From contig JBFWOB010000030.1 in assembly GCA_050250755.1 (NCBI GenBank), positions 14,322 through 78,321 on the forward strand: DNA of 64,000 nt, read 5' to 3'. Both the position numbers and the translations under genes were made by a program. Below are positions 9,631 to 18,055 of this stretch, one piece after another (positions within the stretch are counted from its first letter, which is position 1; every line of letters begins with the position of its first letter). Under the pieces are notes generated by a model. That model was not told the DNA's origin. It was given only the letters and a program-made list of their open reading frames with translations, and ran no database searches. Origin of the DNA: Hyphomicrobiaceae bacterium. GTDB lineage: Bacteria > Pseudomonadota > Alphaproteobacteria > Rhizobiales > Hyphomicrobiaceae.

Positions 9631-10497
9631 ATGCCGGCGAACAACATCAAGAAGCTCCGATCCAAGAAGGGGTGGACGCAAAAGCAGTTGGCTGAAGCCG
9701 CCGAAACCAGTCAGCAGCAGATCCAGCGCATCGAAGCCGGCATTCAAGACGCTCGCTTCGATCTTGCTGTGCGCATCTGCACAGCACTGGGAGAACCGAT
9801 GGACCGGGTGTTTCCCGCGACGGCACTGCCCCTGCGGCGAGCACGGAAACGCGTTGAGAGCGTGGGACAGCTCTTCAGTGACGGCGCAGCCCAAAAGGAG
9901 CTTGAGCAAGCCGGCCTAGACATGGACCCCGCTGCACGAACCTTTGCGTACCGTCTTCGTGGAGGCGCTGAGGGTCGATTTTCGATCTCTGGGCCAGAAA
10001 GTGCCCGCCTATACTTGAACATGCAGCGTGAAGAAGAGGACGATGGGTTTCTTGTCTTTGACGCTGGCTCCCGACGCATTGCCATCAACCCAAAGCATCT
10101 CATCTTCTGTCATTTTCTATTCGATATGCCTCGTGAAGAGCCCGAGGAAGTTGATGGGGACAAAGACTTTGCCGTTCAGATCTTCCTTTCGGACAGCGCC
10201 GAGCCACTAATCTTCAACGTCGATCCAGACACTTCGCAGCTCGATGATGAAGGAGCTGAGGACAACGAGGTTCAACTTCAAGACCTAGTGTTCAACATTG
10301 AACTCGACGTGCGGGAGCGCTTCTGCCTGACAGACGAGGACGGTGAAACCGCTTGGTTCAGAAGTGCGGACGTCGCGATGATCTCGCTCCCGTTGTGTGC
10401 TGTTGAGCCGAAGCTCATGGCGAGCATCGACGACGGTGAAGACGAGAAGGAGGCGGCCGAAGAGACCTCTTCCTCAAAACCCGATCCCGCAGCTTGA
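9631..10497 (+). CDS. XRE-family HTH protein with long acidic C-terminal domain
   Basis: HTH_3 motif (KKLRSKKGWTQKQLAEAAETSQQQIQRIEAG). ATG 9631 lies 4 nt after GGAGGA. The ORF-track start at 9574 falls inside the promoter. C-terminal ~220 aa is Asp/Glu-rich. Confidence 0.8.
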   Translation: MPANNIKKLRSKKGWTQKQLAEAAETSQQQIQRIEAGIQDARFDLAVRICTALGEPMDRVFPATALPLRRARKRVESVGQLFSDGAAQKELEQAGLDMDPAARTFAYRLRGGAEGRFSISGPESARLYLNMQREEEDDGFLVFDAGSRRIAINPKHLIFCHFLFDMPREEPEEVDGDKDFAVQIFLSDSAEPLIFNVDPDTSQLDDEGAEDNEVQLQDLVFNIELDVRERFCLTDEDGETAWFRSADVAMISLPLCAVEPKLMASIDDGEDEKEAAEETSSSKPDPAA

Positions 10498-10561
10498 CGA
10501 ACGCGCCTGTCCTTCCACTCACGGGTGCAAATAAGCCGTCAATGCTCATACAGGAGAAACA

Positions 10562-11230
10562 ATGCGCTACCTCTGCCGTGCAAGCGGCTGTGGCCGCACG
10601 ACTGCGACCCGCTTTTCGCGTTACTGCTCGGCCCACAAATCAAGGCAAAGAAGACACGGTGACCACGCACAAGCAGGCATTACTGCCGCTGACCTCAAGC
10701 CCTATGTCGCCCGTGTGCGCTGCCGCATGGAGAAGAACCAACACAACCCCGCCTGGGACGCCCTGGATGCCCGCTGGAGGGCCATTGTTGAGCACGCCGA
10801 GGGTGTCATCGCCCTGCAGCTTGCTGGCCGTCCTGGGAGCCGAGACGAGCGCACAGCGGCACGTGAAGTGAGCAAGCTCGGAGAAAACATCCCCGCACGG
10901 GCCGTGGTCCAGACGGTGCTCGCCGTAGTGATGATGTGGGAGTTCGAGCCACGGCGTTTCCGCAGCGACCGGTCCTTCAAGACCCAGCTCGTGCGCCGCG
11001 TAAGAGCTCTCACGGATATGAACTACGGCGAGCGCTACCATCATCCGTCGGCGACCGTGAAGCGATACTACAAGGACGTCTCACCACGAGCGACGGCGAT
11101 TTTGGGGCAATGGCTGGTAGAGGCCCTAGGGGGCGCTGGGCTCCATGTGGCCCGTCTCGAAAGGGCCGATCTCGAACAGGTCGAGAGCGAGAAGAGGGCG
11201 CTTCACAAGGCACTTTCGGAGTTGAACTGA
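10562..11230 (+). CDS. Hypothetical protein with N-terminal Cys/His knuckle
   Basis: 222 aa. N-terminus CRASGC...YCSAH. Stop is 1 nt before the next gene's ATG, which implies an operon. Confidence 0.55.
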   Translation: MRYLCRASGCGRTTATRFSRYCSAHKSRQRRHGDHAQAGITAADLKPYVARVRCRMEKNQHNPAWDALDARWRAIVEHAEGVIALQLAGRPGSRDERTAAREVSKLGENIPARAVVQTVLAVVMMWEFEPRRFRSDRSFKTQLVRRVRALTDMNYGERYHHPSATVKRYYKDVSPRATAILGQWLVEALGGAGLHVARLERADLEQVESEKRALHKALSELN

Positions 11231-11231
11231 T

Positions 11232-12650
11232 ATGCGCTCCGAGGATCTACCAGACCACAATTTGAAGCTTCCCCGCAAGAAGCCGAAGCCACCCGAGCCG
11301 CAGAAGCACCTGTGGTTCGACGGATGGATGTCGGCCAATGGATCGGCACTGAAGGGCCTGATCGAGGCAACGACCAAGTTCATTTCACACCACGAGGAGC
11401 ACACCGGAACTCGGATCAGGAAGCGGCGGCCTGTCGATCAGGCTGTTCACCTCCGTAGCATTGACGCTCTCGTGTGTGCTCTTGCCCACGCAGTCCTGGT
11501 CCCGCCGCCCACTGGCCGCATTGCTGTGAAGCTCGGTCATGCAGGGAAGGGACAGTCCCGCTACGATAGCCCTGTGTTCGGCAAAGCACTCTCGCCCCTC
11601 GTGCACCTTCTGTCTGACCTCGACTTTCTGAATTTGAAGCGGTCCACCTTGCGAGGAGAGGTCTCGTCCATTGCGCCCTCACCTTGGTTTGCTCAAAAGG
11701 TCGGGGAGTTTGGGGTTCAGCTAGCGGACTTCGGAAGACATCAAGATGAGGAAGTCATTTCCCTCACTTGCAATGCGAAGCGGTACAGCGGGTGGGCCGA
11801 TGATCGCATTGGGACGCTGTATCGAGAACCCATCGACTACAACGACACACCAACCACAACGAAGTACAGGGCCGAGCTCCGGACACTTAACGAGTTCCTG
11901 AAGAAGGCCGAGATCGACTTCCTCGATGATGGGCTGGAGCCACGAGTAGATCCGTTCGACAGACGCATGAGGCGGCGGTTCATCATCCTCCCCGATCAAC
12001 AAGTCCGCTTCAACCAAGGCGGGCGCCTTTTCGGCGGCTTCTGGCAGCAGCTCAAGAGAGAGCGACGGTCCCACATTCGGATCAATGCTGAGCCTGTCGT
12101 CGTGCTCGACTACGGCTCGATGTTCACAAGGCTGGCCTACGCTGTGATCGGCAAAGAGCCACCGGACGGAGACCTGTACGCCATACCTGGTTACGAGGGC
12201 TACCGCAGCGGGATCAAGCTGGCGATGAATGCGCTTCTCTTCGACAAAAGCCCCAGGAGGTCGAAGTGGCCCAAGGAAATAGGGATCGGCGTCGGCGACG
12301 ATGAGGATGCAAAAATGGATCGACGAGGGTCCGCGGCACAGTACGAGGCGCGCCTACCAACCGGCTCGACAGTGAAGAAGGTTAGGGATGCCACCCTGTC
12401 AGTGCATCCTCACCTGAGCAAGGCGTGGGGCAGGCAACTCGGCTACCAACTCATGTTCCTTGAAAGTGAGATTATGGTGGAGGTCCTTCGGCAACTCGCC
12501 AATCGGCGTATCCCAGCTCTGGGCCTTCACGACGGACTGTTGGTCTCTTCATCGAAGGCAACCGAGGCTGCCGGGGTGATGAGAGAAGTAGGTCGGGAGA
12601 AGTCGGGCTTGCTTCTGCCGGTCACTCAGAATGAACCTGAGGAGGAGTAG
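11232..12650 (+). CDS. Putative minimal superfamily-A (Pol I/T7-like) nucleotide polymerase
   Basis: 472 aa. Motif A VVVLDYGSMFTRLAYA (Asp codon 12108-12110). Motif B YRSGIKLAMNALLF (12204-12242). Motif C LGLHDGLLV (12528-12533). No exonuclease domain recognised. The function call is inference. Confidence 0.5.
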   Translation: MRSEDLPDHNLKLPRKKPKPPEPQKHLWFDGWMSANGSALKGLIEATTKFISHHEEHTGTRIRKRRPVDQAVHLRSIDALVCALAHAVLVPPPTGRIAVKLGHAGKGQSRYDSPVFGKALSPLVHLLSDLDFLNLKRSTLRGEVSSIAPSPWFAQKVGEFGVQLADFGRHQDEEVISLTCNAKRYSGWADDRIGTLYREPIDYNDTPTTTKYRAELRTLNEFLKKAEIDFLDDGLEPRVDPFDRRMRRRFIILPDQQVRFNQGGRLFGGFWQQLKRERRSHIRINAEPVVVLDYGSMFTRLAYAVIGKEPPDGDLYAIPGYEGYRSGIKLAMNALLFDKSPRRSKWPKEIGIGVGDDEDAKMDRRGSAAQYEARLPTGSTVKKVRDATLSVHPHLSKAWGRQLGYQLMFLESEIMVEVLRQLANRRIPALGLHDGLLVSSSKATEAAGVMREVGREKSGLLLPVTQNEPEEE

Positions 12651-13156
12651 ATAAGGGATATAGGTTGTGGTGGTCGTGCTTGTTCTACCCTCACGTCACT
12701 TTTTTTGCTACCTCTCTTCCTCCATCAACAAGACCCGTAAGGTTGGGCTTCGTCGCTCCGCCTCGGAAGAAGCGCCATCGGCCGGGTTGGCTTATCGTCA
12801 AGCACCTTGGCAATTCTGACAGCGTAAAGGGGCCCAACTTCCTACATCGGATGTTCATGTGGGGCTGGGGTCCGCGAATAACTGCATCCCCTCATTGTCC
12901 AAGCGACAAGCCGTCGTTCCGGGAAGGCAGTGGGTGCTATCTCTCGCAGCCCCGTGAGGGACAGGTTAGCGAGAGCAAATTGCAACAACTACGGTGATGG
13001 CGGGATCGCACCGACAGTGGCGTTTGGGAGGGGCGCAAAGCTTGACCCAATCCGCGCCTTTCCGGTCGATCTCGATACTTCTTCGGAGTTTGAATTGCAG
13101 GATAGAAAGGCCGCCGCTGGTCGATGCGCACAAGCATGCTACTCGTGCATTGCTCG

Positions 13157-14770
13157 TCAACTCTGGTCATCCCCTCCAGCCCCTTCCCATAAGCCGGGAA
13201 GCGGGATCAGACGGACTGCACGCTCCATGAGGCGGAGCGAAACTTCGCCGTAGGCGTCCGCTGCGGTGCGAGGGGCGTGTCCCTGTATCGCATCGAGAAC
13301 ACGCTTGTCGATGCCCTGCTCTAGACCAAGTGCACGGAACAGGTGCCGCCACGCATGGTTTGGGTCCTTCCGATGCCGACGTCCCACCTCAAGCCCAAGC
13401 GTGTGGACCCACGCTGCCACGTTTTTCGCTAGAATCTTAGGCTGTGGCCTCTTTGCTCCGACCTTCCGTTGGGAGGGGTCGAAGAACAGCGGTCCCGATC
13501 CTTTGGTTTCGACGAACTTAAGAAAGTCAACGCTTAGGACGTAGGGGTGAAGAGGAACCCGGCGTTCAGACGAAACGGTCTTCACACTGCCAGCTTCAGC
13601 CTTAATATCCATGAACCAGATATCGCCCTCTTGCCGAATGTCTTCGGCCCTGAGTTGACAAATCTCTGAGACCCGAGCCCCCGCTAGGGCACAGAGGAGA
13701 GGCACCCACCGGTAGACGGGGCTACTCTCTCTTGCGGCTGCTTGGAGGATCGCGGCGGCATCTGACAGGTCAAAGTTGCGCATCCTTTGGCCGGGCTTAG
13801 TTCCTCGTTTGATCGTAACACCTGCCGCAGCGTTGTGCTCGACGCGGCCGTTATCCACGGCCCAGCCCAAGACGACGCGAAGGGCAGCCAGCTTGCTTTT
13901 TCTAATAGTGGCCGGGGAATTACCCATAGCGAGAAGGCGATCCTTCCAAGCAATCACTGACTGCTTGCAGATGGCGTTAAGCTGGTCGGTTCCAGAAAAT
14001 GCGATGTAGGCTTCGATGTGCTTGCGCCACTCATCAACCGTCTTCTGCTTTGGTTGGGCTTCCTTGGCCCAAGCTTCGAATGCGTCCACGAGCGTTGCGC
14101 TACGCTGTTGGGAACTGCTCGACCGGTTGCCGCTTCTGCGGACAGGGAACCGGGCCTCCACGGGGTCCGGGGAGTAGTCGCCCTCGGAACGCCTTTCCAG
14201 CGTCTGGGCCGCCTTGATCAGAGCCGAGGCGACCGCGGTTAGGAGATCCGCCCTCGTCTTTTTATCCAAGCTGTAACCGTGGCGTTCCAGCCAGGGATCG
14301 AGCTTAATGTGTGGCTCCAGAATGCGTTCGGCCTGACGTGGGTGGTAAGGTGCGCTCTCGACCCCATCCGACGTCGGATCGAGGTACGCAGCGCCGTCCA
14401 GCAGCAAATCCTGGAAAATCGACCATTGCTCGGTCGGCCCGGGCTCATCTTCATGTTGGCCCACGAAGTCTCGATACCACTCACCCGCGATCTCATGGAT
14501 TTCCCGATGTGACAGCCCCGCCGGCGCCTGACGGGCAGTAGCCCAGCGAGCTTCGACCTGCGCCGACACGGACGAATGTCGTAGGCGAGCTTCCGCGATG
14601 TCCTTCGTTTTGAGGGAGACCTTTACGGTGGGGCCGAGTTTCACTGTGCTCGTCAACCCCGCTACGTCCACAGAGAAGCTGCGTCCGGACAGTACCTGGA
14701 GGAGGTCTGAGGGCAATCTTGCACGGTAGTACCAGACCCCCGTAGTGGGGTGGCGCCAAGGCTGAGCCAT
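13157..14770 (-). CDS. Tyrosine recombinase / phage-type integrase
   Basis: 537 aa from ATG 14770 (MAQPWRHP). C-terminal catalytic signature: ARVSEICQL, HAWRHLFR, AYGEV. Confidence 0.9.
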   Translation of the reverse strand: MAQPWRHPTTGVWYYRARLPSDLLQVLSGRSFSVDVAGLTSTVKLGPTVKVSLKTKDIAEARLRHSSVSAQVEARWATARQAPAGLSHREIHEIAGEWYRDFVGQHEDEPGPTEQWSIFQDLLLDGAAYLDPTSDGVESAPYHPRQAERILEPHIKLDPWLERHGYSLDKKTRADLLTAVASALIKAAQTLERRSEGDYSPDPVEARFPVRRSGNRSSSSQQRSATLVDAFEAWAKEAQPKQKTVDEWRKHIEAYIAFSGTDQLNAICKQSVIAWKDRLLAMGNSPATIRKSKLAALRVVLGWAVDNGRVEHNAAAGVTIKRGTKPGQRMRNFDLSDAAAILQAAARESSPVYRWVPLLCALAGARVSEICQLRAEDIRQEGDIWFMDIKAEAGSVKTVSSERRVPLHPYVLSVDFLKFVETKGSGPLFFDPSQRKVGAKRPQPKILAKNVAAWVHTLGLEVGRRHRKDPNHAWRHLFRALGLEQGIDKRVLDAIQGHAPRTAADAYGEVSLRLMERAVRLIPLPGLWEGAGGDDQS

Positions 14771-14871
14771 TCTGATGATCACGGACTGTGTACCTCTCCT
14801 GTGTACCTGCAGGAGAGGAAGAACCCATTGAAGCGCCTTAGTTATCTGAAAACATGGCGCTTTTAGGATCA

Positions 14872-14895
14872 GTGGTGCCCAGAAGAGGACTCGAA
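14872..14895 (-). repeat. Direct repeat copy 2 = truncated tRNA 3' end (att remnant)
   Basis: The reverse complement, GTTCGAGTCCTCTTCTGGGCACCA, reads as T-loop, T-stem 3' half, acceptor 3' strand, discriminator and CCA. The upstream tRNA body is absent. Confidence 0.65.
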
Positions 14896-15367
14896 CAAAG
14901 ACTACAATAAATTGATATTGTTATATTTAATGTCTCTTGACCTTCCAAATGAGTGTCCTGAAGAATGCCTGAATGAGTGTCCTCCGCCGGTCTGCGTCAG
15001 GCTGCCGCACAACCATCTGCCCCTCACTGAACAGTTTCGCCCCTGAAGGTGCGCTGACCCACCCCCAACCGCGGCTGTGTCCTGCGGACACTCGGTTGAT
15101 CGGCAACTCGCTTAACGGCAGACAAGGACAAGGCCATCTGCAATGACGATGTTCATTACTTTTGCCCAAGTGGCTGCGAAATGACTATCGCCGAACTGTT
15201 CGATCCGAACTTCACACTGCAAGTGCTCATCCCGCCGGCCGGATGACGAGGCGCACACGCGGCTCCGCGCGCCTTGCTGTCCGGCCCTTCATGCGCTTTA
15301 CCCTGCGCGCTGGTGCCTGCAGTCCCGGCTCACTCCCACCGTGCGATCCGCACGACGGCAGCCCTGT

Positions 15368-15601
15368 TCAATCCTGATTGTCGCTTCCGTATTCGGAGGT
15401 GGAGGTGAACTTGTACCGGTTCACCCAGGCATCCAGGTCCTCATGCACGTAGACGACCTTGGCGCGCTTGCCGGGCCCAAGCTTATGATACGACGGGCCG
15501 GTGCCCTTGAGCCGCATGTCCTGCAACGTGCGCTCCGCCAGCCGGAGATAGGCGGCCGCCTCGCCGGTGGTCAGGTAGCGTACGTCCTCGTCATCGGTCA
15601 T
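15368..15601 (-). CDS. AlpA/MerR-type HTH protein (excisionase-like)
   Basis: 77 aa. YLTTGEAAAYLRLAERTLQDMRLKGTGP is typical of AlpA-family excisionases and regulators. Confidence 0.75.
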   Translation of the reverse strand: MTDDEDVRYLTTGEAAAYLRLAERTLQDMRLKGTGPSYHKLGPGKRAKVVYVHEDLDAWVNRYKFTSTSEYGSDNQD

Positions 15602-15700
15602 GCGGTGGAGTTGTCCCCGAAAAGGGGGTTAACCTACCAACACCCCGCAAATCCCCGCAACGCCCTTGTCGGCCGTTCCCCCCGCCGCTACCTATATGCC

Positions 15701-16234
15701 ATGGACATTCTTCCGGCGGCCCAGGTGCAGGCCCGTATCGACAAGGCCCGGCAACGCTACTTCGACCTCAAGCACGAGCTCGAGGAGGCGCTGAGACCGT
15801 TTACCGCCGATCCCATGACCGCCTTGAACATCGTGGCCTACGCCGAAGAGTTCGGGGCGGATGAAGCGGCCATGACGCTCAGGCATGAGCCCGTTCGCTT
15901 CGACGTATCCTATCCAACGGCAGGGATTGATGAGGCGACGGCGATCCAGCTGGAAAACCTGGTGTTCGATTTCGCGGATGCTTCCCGCGACCTGGATTTC
16001 TACACAACGATGCGCGAAGACGAGCGGCAGCGCGCCGATCCCAAGCGCCTGCGGGTGATGGTGCACGACGGGCGGGAGTTCACGTTCAACCCCCGCACCA
16101 AGGAATGGCGCTACCTCGATACGCCGGAGCTGATTTACACCTTCCCCATGCAGCGCGTGGAAAACCGGGGCGCGCCAGACATGAGCCCCGATGGGGGCCA
16201 AACGCGAACCCGTCGCCGGGGCCGGGGGATGTAG
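15701..16234 (+). CDS. Hypothetical protein with Arg-rich C-terminal tail
   Basis: ATG 15701 (MDILPAAQ), in frame with ORF 15341-16234. Ends in ...GGQTRTRRRGRGM. Confidence 0.55.
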   Translation: MDILPAAQVQARIDKARQRYFDLKHELEEALRPFTADPMTALNIVAYAEEFGADEAAMTLRHEPVRFDVSYPTAGIDEATAIQLENLVFDFADASRDLDFYTTMREDERQRADPKRLRVMVHDGREFTFNPRTKEWRYLDTPELIYTFPMQRVENRGAPDMSPDGGQTRTRRRGRGM

Positions 16235-16252
16235 GCTGACAGCGCAGCCGTT

Positions 16253-16882
16253 CTACGGTGCGAGGTCTGTGCCGCGTTCCGGTTCGGGTGCTGTCACCGC
16301 TTCCTCAATCCAGTCCGGCATGGGACCATCCAGCGCCTTCACGATTTCCCCGTCTCGTGTGCGCACCCAGCGTTTCCAGAGCTGATGGTCCAACGAGTTG
16401 TCGAATACATAGCCACGGTCCACCAGCCGGAGAGCATCCTGCAGATTCAAGATGCTTCGCACGTATCGCTCGCGAACTTTATTGCTCGGGACATCGTGGC
16501 CGCCTTGGGCCACACGTTCCGCTATCCGCCGGATGTTGATTTCCGGGTCCGAGGTGCCGACGAAATAAAGCCGGATGAACCAGCCCGCCCGTTTCGCGCG
16601 GCGGATTAAGTCAAGGTGCCGCTGCGTCGAAAACACGGTCTCATACGCAAAGTTGCGGCCGTGCGTCAGGCATTCTTCGCGACGCCTATCGGCAAGTCGA
16701 GCGGCATTCTGTACCGCTTCGAGCGAGTTCCAGTCACCAAATTCCGCCTGCGCAATCTCATCGGCATTGATATAGCTGTGTCCCGCCGTCCATTCGTGTT
16801 TCAGCACCAGCCGGGTCAGCGTTGTCTTGCCGGAACCGTTCGGGCCTGCGACGACGACCATGGAAGGGCGGCGTTCGCTCAC
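16253..16882 (-). CDS. Zeta-toxin-like P-loop kinase
   Basis: 209 aa. N-terminal P-loop GPNGSGKTT. Size and layout match zeta/AAA_33 kinases. GTG start overlaps the upstream stop by 1 nt. Confidence 0.75.
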   Translation of the reverse strand: MSERRPSMVVVAGPNGSGKTTLTRLVLKHEWTAGHSYINADEIAQAEFGDWNSLEAVQNAARLADRRREECLTHGRNFAYETVFSTQRHLDLIRRAKRAGWFIRLYFVGTSDPEINIRRIAERVAQGGHDVPSNKVRERYVRSILNLQDALRLVDRGYVFDNSLDHQLWKRWVRTRDGEIVKALDGPMPDWIEEAVTAPEPERGTDLAP

Positions 16883-17118
16883 TACCGCTCGACCCCGGCC
16901 GTATCCAACTTATGCCCTTCCTCCTCCCACCATCTTTGAACCTCGATGGCTTCCTCAAACGGGGTCAGCCCCTTGGCGAGCACGCGGATACCCCGCCGCG
17001 CCATGGCTTCCCGCCACAGCACCGTGCGCCGGATGTCCTCCAGCAGCTCGGCTTCCTCCACTTCACTCGGTTCCCAGTTCGGATCCCGGAAATCCCCTTT
17101 CGCAGCCATGATGTTCAT
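16882..17118 (-). CDS. Putative cognate antitoxin (small acidic protein)
   Basis: 78 aa from ATG 17118 (MNIMAAKGD). Its stop overlaps the toxin start. Confidence 0.5.
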   Translation of the reverse strand: MNIMAAKGDFRDPNWEPSEVEEAELLEDIRRTVLWREAMARRGIRVLAKGLTPFEEAIEVQRWWEEEGHKLDTAGVER

Positions 17119-17308
17119 CTCCTGTTCCAATGGAGTCTGAGCCACCTCTGCCAACCCGTCAAGGCTTCGCCCTGACTGCCCGGTGCATCCTATCCGTGTG
17201 CATTGCGACACACCCCCATGTCACCCATCGCATACAGCGCGTGTTCACCTGCCTATTGTGCCAGCACGCCGGCTTGCCAGCCAAGCGGCAGCAGGCTTCC
17301 ATGCGGGC

Positions 17309-17647
17309 ATGCTGCTATCCACCGTCACCGAGGCCGGGCAAGTCCGGGTTTATGCCACGCGCTACAATTCCATCGTCACCTACTTCACCGAGGACGAAAC
17401 CACCGGCGGCATCAAGCTGAACATGGAACTGGGGTTCTGCGCCCTGCCGGAGGATCTCGTGCGCGTCGGTCCCTCGGTTGGCGAAGCGGTCATCGCCGAG
17501 ATCGCGTTGCGCCTCGGCATTCCGCCCGCTGAGGTGCTGCAGGCCAGCTTGAAGGCCCTGTGCGAGGTGGCGGACCCCGAACTCCCCGCCTACTACCGGT
17601 GGGCGCCGCGCTCGCGTGGCCGCGCCGCCACCTGCTCCGGCCGTTAG
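17309..17647 (+). CDS. Hypothetical protein
   Basis: 112 aa from ATG 17309 (MLLSTVTEAG). Plausible composition, no motif. Confidence 0.4.
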   Translation: MLLSTVTEAGQVRVYATRYNSIVTYFTEDETTGGIKLNMELGFCALPEDLVRVGPSVGEAVIAEIALRLGIPPAEVLQASLKALCEVADPELPAYYRWAPRSRGRAATCSGR

Positions 17648-17806
17648 GCTGTTTCTTTTTCGCGCAGTCAGTCGTCTCGACAGGAAGCGCTCTGGATGCG
17701 CCTCACCATTTCCCGTCGGTTCCCCACTTGGCGTCTCAAAACCGTTCTCAGGGACCGTCCAGCCGTCTTGCAGGGCATATTGCTGGCCGGCCTCACCGGC
17801 TAAAAA

Positions 17807-17875
17807 ATCCTGGGGGTTCGGGGGCAAAGCCCCCGGCGATATGGCCGATTCGGCGCCGTGATGTTTGTGCACAAA
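17807..17875 (+). promoter_or_regulatory. Candidate oriT / operator region upstream of mobC
   Basis: ATCCTG hexamer at 17807-17812. Hairpin with 7-bp stem, CGGGGC-AAA-GCCCCG type, at 17819-17835. Perfect 12-bp palindrome TTTGTGCACAAA at 17864-17875. Confidence 0.3.
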
Positions 17876-18055
17876 TGTGCCCAAAAAGTACACACGCGGT
17901 ATTTTCACTGCATGAACCACACCCCTATGTTTGCGTGATGGGAGCAAGCAAGTCTTTTGGGCCCAAAAATGGACCCAAAAGATGCTCAATCGGCCGGTGG
18001 CCTCAATCGCACGCGCTTGCTTGTCCCCTCAACGCCGGGGAGGGCTGTGACCGCC

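Larger units (their letters stand above)
963..14895. mobile_element. ~13.9-kb integrated genomic island (type I R-M, two recombinases, polymerase-like operon)
   Basis: Bounded by the 19-bp direct repeats. Tyrosine integrase lies just inside the right repeat. AT-rich junction patches at 900-1390, 12651-13156 and 14896-14960. Confidence 0.6.

Noticed and set aside
12665-13156. Several 60-110-aa ORFs between the polymerase-like gene and the integrase
   Set aside because: They overlap each other in a lower-GC spacer and have no RBS or motif. I treated this stretch as non-coding island DNA.
14872-14960. Possible intact minus-strand tRNA gene next to the integrase
   Set aside because: Only the CCA, acceptor 3' strand, T-stem 3' half and T-loop are present. 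The sequence that should form the T-stem 5' half (CTTTG) cannot pair with CCTCT. No GCCCAGA 5' acceptor strand occurs within 90 nt.
17807-17812. ATCCTG as a definite nic site
   Set aside because: The hexamer is expected many times by chance, and its order relative to the hairpin is opposite to the RP4 arrangement. I kept it only as a weak pointer within the oriT candidate.
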